From positions 20,015 to 84,014 of the forward strand of contig JBGSLG010000157.1 in the NCBI GenBank assembly GCA_041740815.1: a stretch of DNA of 64,000 bases, in the 5' to 3' direction. The number at the start of each line of letters is the position of its first letter. The first letter of the stretch is position 1. This document shows, in pieces, positions 8,561 through 18,776 of this stretch. Under the pieces are notes generated by a model that was given only the letters and a program-made list of their open reading frames with translations, was not told where the DNA came from and did no database searches. The translations under genes were made by a program, and so were the position numbers. This stretch comes from Bacteroidales bacterium (lineage in GTDB: Bacteria; Bacteroidota; Bacteroidia; Bacteroidales; VadinHA17).

Positions 8561-8668
8561 ATGCAGCCTGCTAATCCCGCCAAAAGGCGGAGAGGGAGGC
8601 TGATTCCTGAATAAATTCAGGTTCGCAAAAGTAATAATTTTTTATTCCTGACAGAACTTTTTTGCTCT

Positions 8669-9055
8669 TTAAAGCGTCAGCTCTGCAATCTTCCGGTGCA
8701 GGTCGTTGCTGCTCACCGGCTTGGGAAGATAATCAGTACAGCCCGAATCAAGCGCCCTCTTCTTGTCATCAGGGAATGCATAGGCCGTCACAGCTACAAT
8801 AGGCAGCTTCTCAAACGCAGTCTCCGTCCGCAACCGACGGGTGAGCGAAAGACCGTCCTCATCTCCCTTGAGAGAGATATCCATCAACACCAGGTCAAAC
8901 ACCCTGTCGTGAAGCAAATCCCATGCCTCCCGGGCCGATGATGCCACGGCAGTGTCATACAGTCCCGACAACAGCTTGGTGAAATAAAGCTGGCTGTGCG
9001 GATCATCTTCCACTATCAGGATGGCCATTCGTTTCGACGGTGAAGGTTCTTTCAT
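8669..9055 (-). CDS. Stand-alone CheY-like response-regulator receiver domain
   Basis: ILIVEDDP...DLVLMDISL...PIVAVTAYA...DYLPKP gives the acidic pocket, phospho-accepting Asp, conserved T and K. There is no output domain. The start overlaps the upstream stop as ATGA. Confidence 0.85.
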   Translation of the reverse strand: MKEPSPSKRMAILIVEDDPHSQLYFTKLLSGLYDTAVASSAREAWDLLHDRVFDLVLMDISLKGDEDGLSLTRRLRTETAFEKLPIVAVTAYAFPDDKKRALDSGCTDYLPKPVSSNDLHRKIAELTL

Positions 9056-10167
9056 ATCTTAATCAGTTTGTACGATAAAGATCCAGCTGCTATCTTCTCA
9101 GCGTGAACAAGAGCAGTATTCCAGTCGGTGTTGCCATGCGCCATACGGAACTTGTCAACACCCGTGAAATCATTGCCATTCTCCTTATCCTGCAAATGCC
9201 ATGCCGCAGGTGCGGCAACAACCATATCGGCACAGGCCTTGTCAAGAGCTACCGGGTCAAGAGAGGCGGCAATGCCTATGTCTCCCACCAGCGGAATGTC
9301 ATTGTGCCCCCAGCAGTCGCAGTCGGGCGAGACATCCATGATGAAGTTGACATGCAGACATGGCTTGCCCTTGACCACAGCCAACGTATACTCGGCAATC
9401 TTCTTGCTCAGGGTATCTTCGCCGGAGCCCCATACCACCCTGGCGGCGTCATACTGGCACACAGCCACACACTGCCCGCAGCCGGTACATTTGTCATTAT
9501 CAATGTGAGCCTTCCTTTCGGGTCCGAGGTGCACTGCGTCATGTGCACAGTTGATGACACACATGTTGCAACCGGTACAGTTCTTTTCGTAGATCACGGG
9601 AGGATTACCGGAGTGAAGGAACAACTTGCCTCCCACGGAGGCACATCCCATACCGAGGTTCTTCAGAGCACCGCCGAAACCTGTCTGCTCGTGTCCCTTG
9701 AAATGGTTCAATGATATGATGATGTCTGCGTCGGCAATGGCAGTGCCAATCATAGCCTTCGCCGTATACTCGAGATTGACCTCTATCTCACGGTAGTCAG
9801 TTCCCTTGATGCCGTCGCCGATGACCACATGGCACCCGGCGCTGAGAGGGTTGTATCCGTTGCTGAAGGCAGCCTCCAGGTGGTCCGGACCGTTGGCCCG
9901 CTCACCGTAATAGAGAGTGTTGCAGTCTGTAAGATAGGGTTTGCCGCCTTTGTCCTTGACCATCTGGGCTATACGGGCCGCAAAATTGGGGCGCAGGTAT
10001 GCCAGGTTACCCGGTTCGCCGAAATGGATCTTGATGGCAGTCATCTTACGGTCGAAGTCGATCTCATCAAACCCCGCCGCCCTCACAAGCCTCTCCAGCT
10101 TCTTCAGCAGGTTGATAGAGGGTGTGGTGTGCAAATCGGTGAAGTATACCTCTGACGGTTCCATCAA
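9052..10167 (-). CDS. DUF362-type protein with inserted 2x[4Fe-4S] ferredoxin domain
   Basis: The N-terminus EVYFTDL...AIKIHFGEPGN is typical of DUF362. Motifs CTGCNMCVINCAHDAV and CTGCGQCVAVCQYDAA are present. 371 aa. Confidence 0.75.
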   Translation of the reverse strand: MMEPSEVYFTDLHTTPSINLLKKLERLVRAAGFDEIDFDRKMTAIKIHFGEPGNLAYLRPNFAARIAQMVKDKGGKPYLTDCNTLYYGERANGPDHLEAAFSNGYNPLSAGCHVVIGDGIKGTDYREIEVNLEYTAKAMIGTAIADADIIISLNHFKGHEQTGFGGALKNLGMGCASVGGKLFLHSGNPPVIYEKNCTGCNMCVINCAHDAVHLGPERKAHIDNDKCTGCGQCVAVCQYDAARVVWGSGEDTLSKKIAEYTLAVVKGKPCLHVNFIMDVSPDCDCWGHNDIPLVGDIGIAASLDPVALDKACADMVVAAPAAWHLQDKENGNDFTGVDKFRMAHGNTDWNTALVHAEKIAAGSLSYKLIKI

Positions 10168-10184
10168 TCTATAAATGCTTTTTG

Positions 10185-11165
10185 TCAGACATTCAGGATG
10201 TCAATAATATCAACAAGGTGCTGGTTCAGCCCTCTGTGCTCCTTTACGGCTTTGCGGAAAGGTACAAGTGTTATCTCGTCGTTCTGAAGACCTACCATCA
10301 CGCTCTGCTGCCCGTCAAGCAAAGCCTCAACAGCCGCGTTGCCCAGCCTGCTGGCATTGACGCGGTCAAGTGCCGACGGTGATCCTCCGCGCTGGAGGTG
10401 ACCAAGGACTGCGACCCTTACCTCATAACCCTTAAGGTCGGGCTTGAGTTTCTCGGCAATGGCTATGGCCCCGCCCTCTTCATCGCCCTCGGCAACAATG
10501 ATGATATTGCTTGACTTCTTCCTCTTGTTGCCTGTCTCGATCATCTTTGTGATGTTTCGCGAATCGCCCTTTATCTCAGGCATGATAATGGCCTCAGCAC
10601 CGCTGGCAATGCCGCTGTAGAGCGCTATGTGGCCTGCCTCGGCGCCCATCACCTCAACGAAGAACATACGGTTCATTGCACTGGCAGTATCACGTATCTT
10701 GTCCACGGCCTCAACCACGGTGTTAAGAGCCGTATCATAACCTATTGTGTAGTCAGTTCCGAAGATGTCATTGTCTATCGTGCCCGGGACACCTACAAAC
10801 GGGATATTATACTCTTCATTGAAGACGCTGGCTCCCTTGAACGAACCGTCACCTCCAATAACCACCACTCCGTCTATGCCTGCCGCCCTCAGGTTCTCAT
10901 AGGCCGTCTTGCGCCCCTCAGGTGTTCTGAAGGCTTCACAGCGTGCTGTTTTGAGAATGGTTCCACCGCGCTGGATGGTATCTGATACGCTATGGGCATA
11001 CAGCGGCTTGAAGTTGGCATTTACCATACCCAGATAACCATGCCTTATGCCGATCACTTCAATGCCATTGTAAATTGCAGTGCGGGTTACAGCCCGGATG
11101 GCTGCATTCATTCCAGGAGCGTCACCACCCGATGTGAGAACGCCAATCTTATTAATTTTGCCCAT
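10185..11165 (-). CDS. pfkA: ATP-dependent 6-phosphofructokinase
   Basis: IGVLTSGGDAPGMNAAIRAV, VVIGGDGS, PGTIDNDI and VLGHLQRGG motifs. 326 aa. Confidence 0.92.
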   Translation of the reverse strand: MGKINKIGVLTSGGDAPGMNAAIRAVTRTAIYNGIEVIGIRHGYLGMVNANFKPLYAHSVSDTIQRGGTILKTARCEAFRTPEGRKTAYENLRAAGIDGVVVIGGDGSFKGASVFNEEYNIPFVGVPGTIDNDIFGTDYTIGYDTALNTVVEAVDKIRDTASAMNRMFFVEVMGAEAGHIALYSGIASGAEAIIMPEIKGDSRNITKMIETGNKRKKSSNIIIVAEGDEEGGAIAIAEKLKPDLKGYEVRVAVLGHLQRGGSPSALDRVNASRLGNAAVEALLDGQQSVMVGLQNDEITLVPFRKAVKEHRGLNQHLVDIIDILNV

Positions 11166-11237
11166 TTTAAAAATTATTTATTAACGGTGCCAAATTACTA
11201 ATATTTTATCCATTGGCAATCGGTACTGCTAACAATA

Positions 11238-12113
11238 TCAAATCTTCGCGACTGTATCGGCCACCTTCTGTATAAGCCACTTTGGGGTGGAGGTGGCACC
11301 GCATATGCCTGCACTCTGTGCATTACTAAACCAGCTGCGATTAACCTCTTCGGGGGAGGAGACGAAGTGTGTACGGCGGTTCTCCTTCAGGCACACATCA
11401 AACAGCATACGGCCGTTTGAGCTTTTCCTTCCGCTGACAAAGATGATGACATCATTCTTTCTGGCAAACTCCCTGAGCCGCGGTTCACGGCCTGATACCT
11501 GTCTGCAGATTGTGTTATGGACCTTCAGTTCATTGCCCGGGTGATCCGGACGGGCTTTCTCGAGGTTCAGCCGGATGATCTCGGCCACCAGTTCATACTC
11601 GGCCTTGCTTCTGGTCGTCTGCGCGAAGAGCCATACGGGCCTGGTGAAGTCGATCCTTCCGATATCCTGCTTCCCGGTGACAAGGATCCCCTTTTCTCCT
11701 GCCGCACCAAGCAGTCCGATGACCTCGGCATGATCCTGCTTGCCGTAGATCACAATCTGCCCTTCCCCCTCCCTGGCGAGATTCTGTACTCGCTTAATCT
11801 TCTCCTGCATTGAGTGAACGATGGGACAGGTGGCATCGATGATTGTGATGTTGTTCTCCCTGGCTTTTTCATAGGTCGAAGGGGGCTCGCCGTGCGCCCT
11901 GACGAGCACCTTGCAGTCGTGCATGCGTTCAAACTCATCATAGGTGATTGTCACCAGCCCCAGCTCCTTCAGACGCAGGACCTCAATGTCATTGTGTACT
12001 ATCTCTCCGAGGCAGAAGACCGCTTCACCATCGCGGAGCGCCTCTTCAGCTATCCTCACGGCGTTCTCCACGCCGAAGCAGAATCCGGAGCCAGGTTCTA
12101 TCTCAACCTTCAT
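11238..12113 (-). CDS. ispH: 4-hydroxy-3-methylbut-2-enyl diphosphate reductase
   Basis: N-terminal GFCFGVENAV and the three cluster Cys contexts (FCFGV, ATCPIVH, NTICRQV). 291 aa. Confidence 0.9.
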   Translation of the reverse strand: MKVEIEPGSGFCFGVENAVRIAEEALRDGEAVFCLGEIVHNDIEVLRLKELGLVTITYDEFERMHDCKVLVRAHGEPPSTYEKARENNITIIDATCPIVHSMQEKIKRVQNLAREGEGQIVIYGKQDHAEVIGLLGAAGEKGILVTGKQDIGRIDFTRPVWLFAQTTRSKAEYELVAEIIRLNLEKARPDHPGNELKVHNTICRQVSGREPRLREFARKNDVIIFVSGRKSSNGRMLFDVCLKENRRTHFVSSPEEVNRSWFSNAQSAGICGATSTPKWLIQKVADTVAKI

Positions 12114-12798
12114 TGATCCTCCTTTTGTACAGCTTCCTGAACCATTTCATCTGCTCCGCGGGAGTCATCTCGCTGTTATCGAGCACCACAGCGTCATCGG
12201 CCTGTCGCAGCGGACTGACATCCCTTGATGAATCGATGCGGTCACGGTCAGTGATATTTTTTATGACGGCGTCAAGGTCTGCTGGCAGTCCCTTGCTCAC
12301 CAGTTCGAGGTAACGGCGTTGTGCCCTTATTTCAGGTGTGGCGCTCATGAAGATCTTCAGTTCCGCTTCCGGGAATACCACGGTGCCTATGTCGCGGCCG
12401 TCCATCACTATGCCTCCGCCGGCGCCCATCTCGCGCTGCAGCTCCACCAGCTTCGACCGCACCTCTGCTATGGTGCTTACTGCGCTCACATTGTCCGAGA
12501 CAGCCCTGTCACGTATCTCCCTCTCAACCGACTCGCCATTGAGGAGAGTCTCTGAATATCCCGTCTCACAGTCGGGCCGGAAGGTGATCTTTATCCCCGT
12601 GAGGGCGCGTACAATACGGCTGGCATCAGCTACGCCCCCTGCAACAAGCCCTTTGCGCAGGCAGTAGAGGGTGACAGCCCTGTACATCGCCCCTGAGTCA
12701 ATATATATATAGCCCAGCTCCGAAGCAATGGCTTTGGCGAAGGTGCTCTTGCCGCATGATGAGTAGCCGTCAACAGTAATGATTATCTTTTTATTCAT
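12103..12798 (-). CDS. cmk: Cytidylate kinase
   Basis: IITVDGYSSCGKST P-loop, DSGAMYRAVT and MDGRDIGTVVFP motifs. Overlaps ispH by 11 nt. Confidence 0.9.
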   Translation of the reverse strand: MNKKIIITVDGYSSCGKSTFAKAIASELGYIYIDSGAMYRAVTLYCLRKGLVAGGVADASRIVRALTGIKITFRPDCETGYSETLLNGESVEREIRDRAVSDNVSAVSTIAEVRSKLVELQREMGAGGGIVMDGRDIGTVVFPEAELKIFMSATPEIRAQRRYLELVSKGLPADLDAVIKNITDRDRIDSSRDVSPLRQADDAVVLDNSEMTPAEQMKWFRKLYKRRINEG

Positions 12799-12844
12799 TC
12801 GCTCTAAGTTAAAACGAAACTGCTGTCATAAGGTTCAGCGGCTA

Positions 12845-13873
12845 TTATTTTTTAAACATCAGTTCGGGACGGAGTGTCACAGTAAGATGATTGGATCCTC
12901 CTGCATGGTGAAATGCATCGTGAGCATAGGAGAGCTCGAAGGCCCTGGAACGGATCCCGAATCCTGCCGAGAACCCTGCCATCCCGGGCCGCTCCGGTGT
13001 GCGCATCTCGGACCGGCGCTGGTAATTCAGTCCCGCCCCAATCCAGAACACATCAGCCGGGATTATCTCAACGCCGAAGACGACATGTCTGAGGAGATTC
13101 TCTCCGAAGCCTCCTGCCGGGATATCATCATCCGTGTCATAGTCGTGGGTGAGGTCAGGCTTCTCCAGGTGCCTGACAGTAAGCGAGAAGCTGAACGGGG
13201 CATGCGGAAGCCTTTTTGTGGCGCCGGCGATGATCTCAAAAGGAAGAGGCTCTCCGCCCTGCCCGGTATAACTCTTTAACTGAAACCCTGCGTTCCGGAT
13301 GACCAGTCCTGCATCAAACAATAACCGCTCATTATGGTACGCCGCTCCTATATCCGCACAGATACCGGCGGAGAAATAGCGTTCAAGGTGCGAAAGCACC
13401 GGCTTGATGTTTATTCCCGCCGTGAAGGATGAGTCAATCTGCACTGACCACATTATATTGAATGCATACTCTGCGGCGGTGAAGGAGCCGGTAATGTTAC
13501 CGGCCTCGTCAGCCCCGGTGAAGCTGCCGTAACTGATGAAGCTCACCCCGGCGGCAAAGGTACCCAGGGTCTCAACATCCAGGGCATAGGCTGCGTAGCC
13601 ATAGTTGATACCTGCGAAGTATGTTGAGAAGCTGAGTGAGATGTCTTTGTCCATTGATGGACTCAGCAGAGCAGGATTGAAATAAGGGATGCTGAGGTCA
13701 TTGCTGCCCTGCGCGACCGTGATCCCTCCCGTGGCTGAGGCGAAGGCGGAGTGGCTGAGGTTCAGAAACTCATAGGTGTTGTCGCCGCCGGTCTGTCCCC
13801 CGGCTGGCAGAAGAGAGATAAGAAGAAGGAATACCAGAGCCTGATGCCTCATTTCATTGGAACTTGGAAACAA
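12845..13873 (-). CDS. porQ: Type IX secretion system outer-membrane protein PorQ (PorP/SprF-like barrel)
   Basis: Signal peptide, the N-terminal NTYEFLNLSHSAFASATGG motif of the PorQ/PorP family, and beta-barrel periodicity. The porQ-cmk adjacency is as I recall it in Porphyromonas/Bacteroides. Confidence 0.7.
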   Translation of the reverse strand: MFPSSNEMRHQALVFLLLISLLPAGGQTGGDNTYEFLNLSHSAFASATGGITVAQGSNDLSIPYFNPALLSPSMDKDISLSFSTYFAGINYGYAAYALDVETLGTFAAGVSFISYGSFTGADEAGNITGSFTAAEYAFNIMWSVQIDSSFTAGINIKPVLSHLERYFSAGICADIGAAYHNERLLFDAGLVIRNAGFQLKSYTGQGGEPLPFEIIAGATKRLPHAPFSFSLTVRHLEKPDLTHDYDTDDDIPAGGFGENLLRHVVFGVEIIPADVFWIGAGLNYQRRSEMRTPERPGMAGFSAGFGIRSRAFELSYAHDAFHHAGGSNHLTVTLRPELMFKK

Positions 13874-13910
13874 AGATAATACTATCGGTAAAACGGCAGG
13901 CGGCGTACCC

Positions 13911-14825
13911 TCACGCAGTCCTTCCCGCGAAGTCGGTATCTACTATCGGAACCCTCTTCTTCCGCGCCTGTGAGAGGAAGAGCCCGGCAATTACAACCAT
14001 CATCCCTATCGCATTGCGAAGGGTGATAATATCACCCACAATGAAGAAAGCGAAGAGGGCCGTGAAGACCGGGATGAGATTACTGAATATGTTAGCCCGC
14101 GCTATCCCCAGATGCCTGACGGAATAGGCAAAGAGCACGAAAGCCCCGCACGAGGCGAAGATTGCAAGAAGCACTATGGAGCCGAAACTCTCTGCCACAA
14201 ATCCTGTAGACACCAGGTCTTTAAGGTCGAATATCAGGAAGAGCGGCAGGAAGAAAATGGCACCGATTATGTTCTGAATGTTTACTATTGTAACCGGGTC
14301 ATACTCAGTGGCAAGCCTGTGAAGTACCATATTGTAACCCGTTGCTGACACCACTGCCAGGAACATCAGTGCCAGTCCCTTCGGATTAAGGGTGATGCTG
14401 CCGGTGCTGTTGGTGATGAATATCAGCACGCCCGCAAAAGATACTATGACACCTATATAGTTGATCAGTTTCAGCCGCTCGCGGTAGATGACGAATGCAA
14501 AGATGACTGCAAAGACCGGTATTGTCGATATTATGACCGAGCCCACGGTGGAGGAGACATAGGTCAGCCCGAAGCTCTCGCCAAGGAAGTAGAGAAAAGG
14601 CTCAAAAATCGCCAGGAGGAGGAAGTACTTGCGATCAGCCTTCCTGACACGCTTGAAACGTTTTGTTACCCAGAGGAAAGCCGATAGAAAGACTATTGCC
14701 ATGCAGAGCCTGATAAAAACTATGGCGATGGGATCATAGGTCCGGTTTGCTATCTTGAACCATACAAACGAGAATGACCAGAATATCATAGCCAGCACCA
14801 GGGCTGCATAGGGTTTACCTTTCAT
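13911..14825 (-). CDS. EamA/DMT-family transporter (10 TM)
   Basis: 304 aa with two homologous five-helix halves and EamA-like patterns (WSFSFVWFK; ARANIFSNLIPVFTALFAFF). Confidence 0.8.
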   Translation of the reverse strand: MKGKPYAALVLAMIFWSFSFVWFKIANRTYDPIAIVFIRLCMAIVFLSAFLWVTKRFKRVRKADRKYFLLLAIFEPFLYFLGESFGLTYVSSTVGSVIISTIPVFAVIFAFVIYRERLKLINYIGVIVSFAGVLIFITNSTGSITLNPKGLALMFLAVVSATGYNMVLHRLATEYDPVTIVNIQNIIGAIFFLPLFLIFDLKDLVSTGFVAESFGSIVLLAIFASCGAFVLFAYSVRHLGIARANIFSNLIPVFTALFAFFIVGDIITLRNAIGMMVVIAGLFLSQARKKRVPIVDTDFAGRTA

Positions 14826-15021
14826 GTGAGAGTCAAAAAGAGGGCTGTTTGGCGGGCGAAGTTAATTTATTTTTCGTTACCCTGCCTCAGTCTGCCGCAA
14901 AGGAGTTTGTAAGTTCGAACGGATTGGTTGAGAGTTCGGAAGACCTATTGTATATATCAGATAAACAGTAGTATATTGTGGCGGAACTTTCGACCGGGTT
15001 CAACAGCTCTTACGGGACCGG

Positions 15022-15050
15022 TTTGGAGGAATTGTTTTTTATTATATTTG
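15022..15050 (+). promoter_or_regulatory. Putative Bacteroidota promoter for etfBA-acd (-33 TTTG / -7 TATATTTG)
   Basis: TTTG at 15022-15025 and TATATTTG (TAnnTTTG consensus) at 15043-15050, 22 nt upstream of the etfB ATG. Confidence 0.4.
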
Positions 15051-15072
15051 CCCCTTCAAAAGTGAGACAGAG

Positions 15073-15936
15073 ATGAACGGACTCAAGATCGTTGTACTTG
15101 CCAAGCAGGTGCCTGACACGCGCAATGTGGGGCCTGATGCCATGAAGGCTGACGGCACTGTGAACAGGAGCGTGCTGCCTGCCATATTCAATCCGGAAGA
15201 CCTGAATGCCCTCGAGCAGGCGCTGCGCCTGAAAGAGATGTATCCGGGCACCACCGTGACAGTTCTGACCATGGGGCCCGGCAGGGCGGCAGAGATAATC
15301 CGCGAGGGGCTGTACCGGGGCGCTGATGACGGTGTGCTGCTGACAGACAGGGCTTTTGCCGGATCGGATACACTGGCAACCTCATATGCTCTGGCCCTCG
15401 CAGTGCGAAAGCTGGCGCCGGACCTGGTAATTGGCGGCCGCCAGGCCATCGACGGAGACACAGCCCAGGTGGGGCCTCAGGTAGCAGAGAAACTCGGATG
15501 GCCACAGGTGACCTATGCTGAGGAGTTGCACTTTGAAAACGAAAAACTGATTATACGCCGCAGACTGGAACGGGGAGTGGAGACAGTCTCCTGTCCGCTG
15601 CCTCTGGTTGTAACCGTCAACAGCACCGCCCCGGCATGCCGCTACCGTCACGCCCGGCTGGTGATGAGGTACAAGTACGCCCGCACTGACACCGAGCTCC
15701 AGACAGAAAGCTCCGATTACATCGCAGCCAGCCGTCCCTCGGTAAAGATAACCGAATGGGGAGTAGATGCCATTGGCGCTGATCCCGAACAGCTCGGACT
15801 CTCAGGCTCGCCCACCAAGGTCAAGGAGATTGACAATGTCATCCTTCAGGCCAAGGAGGCCAGGCACCTGACAGCCTCGGACAAGGATATAGAATCGTTG
15901 GTGAAGGAGCTCCTTGAGAGTCATACAATTGGTTGA
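15073..15936 (+). CDS. etfB: Electron transfer flavoprotein beta subunit
   Basis: MNGLKIVVLAKQVPDT N-terminus and GRQAIDGDTAQVGP motif. 287 aa. Confidence 0.9.
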   Translation: MNGLKIVVLAKQVPDTRNVGPDAMKADGTVNRSVLPAIFNPEDLNALEQALRLKEMYPGTTVTVLTMGPGRAAEIIREGLYRGADDGVLLTDRAFAGSDTLATSYALALAVRKLAPDLVIGGRQAIDGDTAQVGPQVAEKLGWPQVTYAEELHFENEKLIIRRRLERGVETVSCPLPLVVTVNSTAPACRYRHARLVMRYKYARTDTELQTESSDYIAASRPSVKITEWGVDAIGADPEQLGLSGSPTKVKEIDNVILQAKEARHLTASDKDIESLVKELLESHTIG

Positions 15937-15959
15937 TTAACGCATAAAACATACTTGCT

Positions 15960-16979
15960 GTGAATAATCTGTTCGTCTTTTGTGAACTTGATGAAGGAAA
16001 GCCGGCCGACGTGAGCCTCGAACTGCTGACCAAAGGCAGATCGCTGGCCAACACCCTGGGCTGCAAGCTGGAGGCTGTTGTGCTGGGACATAATATGGAA
16101 GGAATAGAGAATGAGCTCTTCCCTTACGGCGTCGACGTGGTGCACATGGCTGATGACCCTGTCTTTGAACACTACCGGACGATGCCCTTTACATCGGTTG
16201 TGGTGGGGCTTTTCAGGCATGAGAAGCCGCAGGTTGCACTCATGGGTGCCACAACGGTGGGCCGCGACCTCGGCCCGAGGGTCTCATCGGCCCTCCACAG
16301 CGGCCTGACAGCCGACTGCACCGCGCTCGAGATAGGTGATCATTATGTTAAAAAGAGTGATACCACCTACAAAAACCTCCTTTACCAGATAAGGCCTGCC
16401 TTTGGCGGGAACATCATCGCAACCATCATTAACCCTGACCACCGCCCGCAGATGGCAACGGTGCGTGAAGGGGTGATGAAGCGTGAGATTGTAAATAAGA
16501 ATTACCGCGGCGAACTGAAAAAGCTCACTGTCTCTGACTATATCAGACCGGAAGATCTTGCCGTGGAGATAATTGAGCGTCACATGGAAGCCAGGAAGGT
16601 GGACATCAAGGCGGCTCAGATAGTTGTTTCAGGAGGTTATGGCATGGGATCAAAGGAGAACTTCAATCTCCTTTATGAGCTTGCCTCGGTCCTCGGGGGT
16701 GAGGTGGCAGCCTCAAGGGCAGCCGTCGATGCCGGTTTCGCGGGCCACGAGCGCCAGGTAGGACAGACGGGGGTGACGGTAAGGCCAAAACTCTATATCG
16801 CATGCGGCATATCAGGTCAGATACAGCACACTGCCGGCATGGACCAGAGCGGCAAGATCATTGCAATCAACAATGATCCGATGGCACCCATAAACACAAT
16901 CGCCGATTATGTGATCAACGGCGATGTGGCGGAGATACTCCCCAAGATAATAAAGTATTACAAGGCCAACGCCAGATAA
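15960..16979 (+). CDS. etfA: Electron transfer flavoprotein alpha subunit
   Basis: The C-terminal FAD block reads VVSGGYGMG...VGQTGVTVRPKLYIACGISGQIQHTAGM. GTG start. 339 aa. Confidence 0.9.
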   Translation: MNNLFVFCELDEGKPADVSLELLTKGRSLANTLGCKLEAVVLGHNMEGIENELFPYGVDVVHMADDPVFEHYRTMPFTSVVVGLFRHEKPQVALMGATTVGRDLGPRVSSALHSGLTADCTALEIGDHYVKKSDTTYKNLLYQIRPAFGGNIIATIINPDHRPQMATVREGVMKREIVNKNYRGELKKLTVSDYIRPEDLAVEIIERHMEARKVDIKAAQIVVSGGYGMGSKENFNLLYELASVLGGEVAASRAAVDAGFAGHERQVGQTGVTVRPKLYIACGISGQIQHTAGMDQSGKIIAINNDPMAPINTIADYVINGDVAEILPKIIKYYKANAR

Positions 16980-17014
16980 CAGAACAGCAGTCTGACATAA
17001 AAAACAACAACCCG

Positions 17015-18721
17015 ATGGCAAACTTTTATACAGACAACAAAGACCTGAGGTTCCACCTCACGCATCCGTTGATGGAGAAGATCGTACGGCTCAAGGAGAT
17101 GGATTACAGGGACAGGGATCAGTATGACTATGCACCCCACGACTTTGAGGATGCCATGGACAACTATGAAAAGGTTCTGGAGATCATCGGAGCTATCTGC
17201 GCTGATGTCATTGCCCCCAACGCCGAGGATGTCGATCATGAGGGCCCGCAGATAGTGGATGGCCGTGTCAGGTATGCCCGCGGAACGCAGGAGAACCACG
17301 AAGCCCTGACCAGGGCAGGCGTGATAGGGATGAACTTCCCGCGCAGGTTTGACGGTCTAAACTTCCCGATGGTGCCATATGTCATGGCCGCCGAACTGGT
17401 GTCGAGGGCCGATGCAGGTTTTGCCAACATCTGGGGGCTGCAGGACTGCGGAGAGACGATCCTTGAGTTTGCGTCGGAGGATATCCGGGAGGAGTTTCTG
17501 CCGCGATTCAACAAAGGGGCCACGGCGGCCATGGACCTGACGGAGCCGGATGCCGGATCAGACCTTCAGGCGGTGCAGCTTAAGGCTCACTATAACGAGG
17601 AAAAAGGGACCTGGATACTCAACGGCGTGAAGCGCTTTATCACAAACGGTGACGCGGAGATATCACTGGTGCTGGCACGCTCGGAGGAGGGTACAACTGA
17701 CGGTCGCGGACTGTCGCTCTTTGTCTATGACAAGTCCGAGGGCGCCGTAAAAGTCAGGCGCATTGAGAACAAGATGGGCATAAAGGGCTCACCCACGTGC
17801 GAGCTGGTATTTCGCAATGCACCGGCCAAACTGATAGGTGAGAGGCGCATGGGCCTGATAAAATATGTCATGTCACTGATGAACGGTGCGCGACTGGGAG
17901 TAGGGGCACAGTCGGTGGGCATCGCCCAGGCGGCGTATGAGGAGGCCGCCAGGTACGCGGCGCAGAGGAAACAGTTCGGAAAGACAATTGACCAGTTCCC
18001 GGCTGTTTACGAGATGCTCACCCTCATGAGGGTCAGGATTGAAGCCATGAGATCACTGCTCTATGAGACGGCCAGGTTCGTTGATATATATAAGGCATGG
18101 TCATTCATTGCAGCAGAGCGTACCCTGACAAAAGAGGAGCGTGAGGATATGAAGACCTTCACCCGCCTTGCAGACATCTTTACTCCTATGGTCAAGCTTA
18201 TCAGCAGTGAGTGGTGCAACCTGATAGCTTATGATGCCCTTCAGGTACATGGCGGCGCCGGATTCATCAAGGATTTCCCGGTGGAACGCCTCTACCGTGA
18301 TGCCCGCATCACGTCAATCTATGAGGGTACGTCACAGCTTCAGGTTGTGGCCGCCATCAGGGGAGTGACAACGGGGGGGTACCTTGCACAGATACGCGAA
18401 TATGAGAAGAAGGATGTCAGACCTGAACTGGAACACCTTCGCCGGCGACTGATGACACTCACTGACGACTTTGAAAAGAGGGTGACGGCAGTGGTCGCCG
18501 CCGGAAACAACGAGCTTACTGACTTTCATGCCCGCCGTATGGTGGAGATGGCAGCCAATATAATAATGGGATACCTGTTGCTGCATGATACACAGCGTGA
18601 CTCCGGTTATGCCTCTTCCGCAGAGTTGTTCATCTCGGTTGCCGTGTCTGAAAACAACATGAGATCAGGTTATATCGCCGGATTTGAGGAGAAGGAACTT
18701 GGCCTTTTCAAGGTAAGCTGA
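17015..18721 (+). CDS. Long-form acyl-CoA dehydrogenase (Etf-linked)
   Basis: LTEPDAGSDL, KRFITNGD and ERLYRDARITSIYEGTSQLQ motifs. 568 aa, with N- and C-terminal extensions. Immediately downstream of etfBA. Confidence 0.88.
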   Translation: MANFYTDNKDLRFHLTHPLMEKIVRLKEMDYRDRDQYDYAPHDFEDAMDNYEKVLEIIGAICADVIAPNAEDVDHEGPQIVDGRVRYARGTQENHEALTRAGVIGMNFPRRFDGLNFPMVPYVMAAELVSRADAGFANIWGLQDCGETILEFASEDIREEFLPRFNKGATAAMDLTEPDAGSDLQAVQLKAHYNEEKGTWILNGVKRFITNGDAEISLVLARSEEGTTDGRGLSLFVYDKSEGAVKVRRIENKMGIKGSPTCELVFRNAPAKLIGERRMGLIKYVMSLMNGARLGVGAQSVGIAQAAYEEAARYAAQRKQFGKTIDQFPAVYEMLTLMRVRIEAMRSLLYETARFVDIYKAWSFIAAERTLTKEEREDMKTFTRLADIFTPMVKLISSEWCNLIAYDALQVHGGAGFIKDFPVERLYRDARITSIYEGTSQLQVVAAIRGVTTGGYLAQIREYEKKDVRPELEHLRRRLMTLTDDFEKRVTAVVAAGNNELTDFHARRMVEMAANIIMGYLLLHDTQRDSGYASSAELFISVAVSENNMRSGYIAGFEEKELGLFKVS

Positions 18722-18776
18722 CGCGTAGCAAAATCCGGGAGGCAGTCATCCTCCGCGGGATAATATTTAGCAGCCC

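Noticed and set aside
8232-8614. 100-103-aa plus-strand ORFs (8232-8534, 8303-8614) and minus-strand ORFs 8072-8384
   Set aside because: They read through the hairpin repeats, the R2 repeat, the terminator and the tRNA-Pro gene itself. The repeats and the tRNA explain the region fully.
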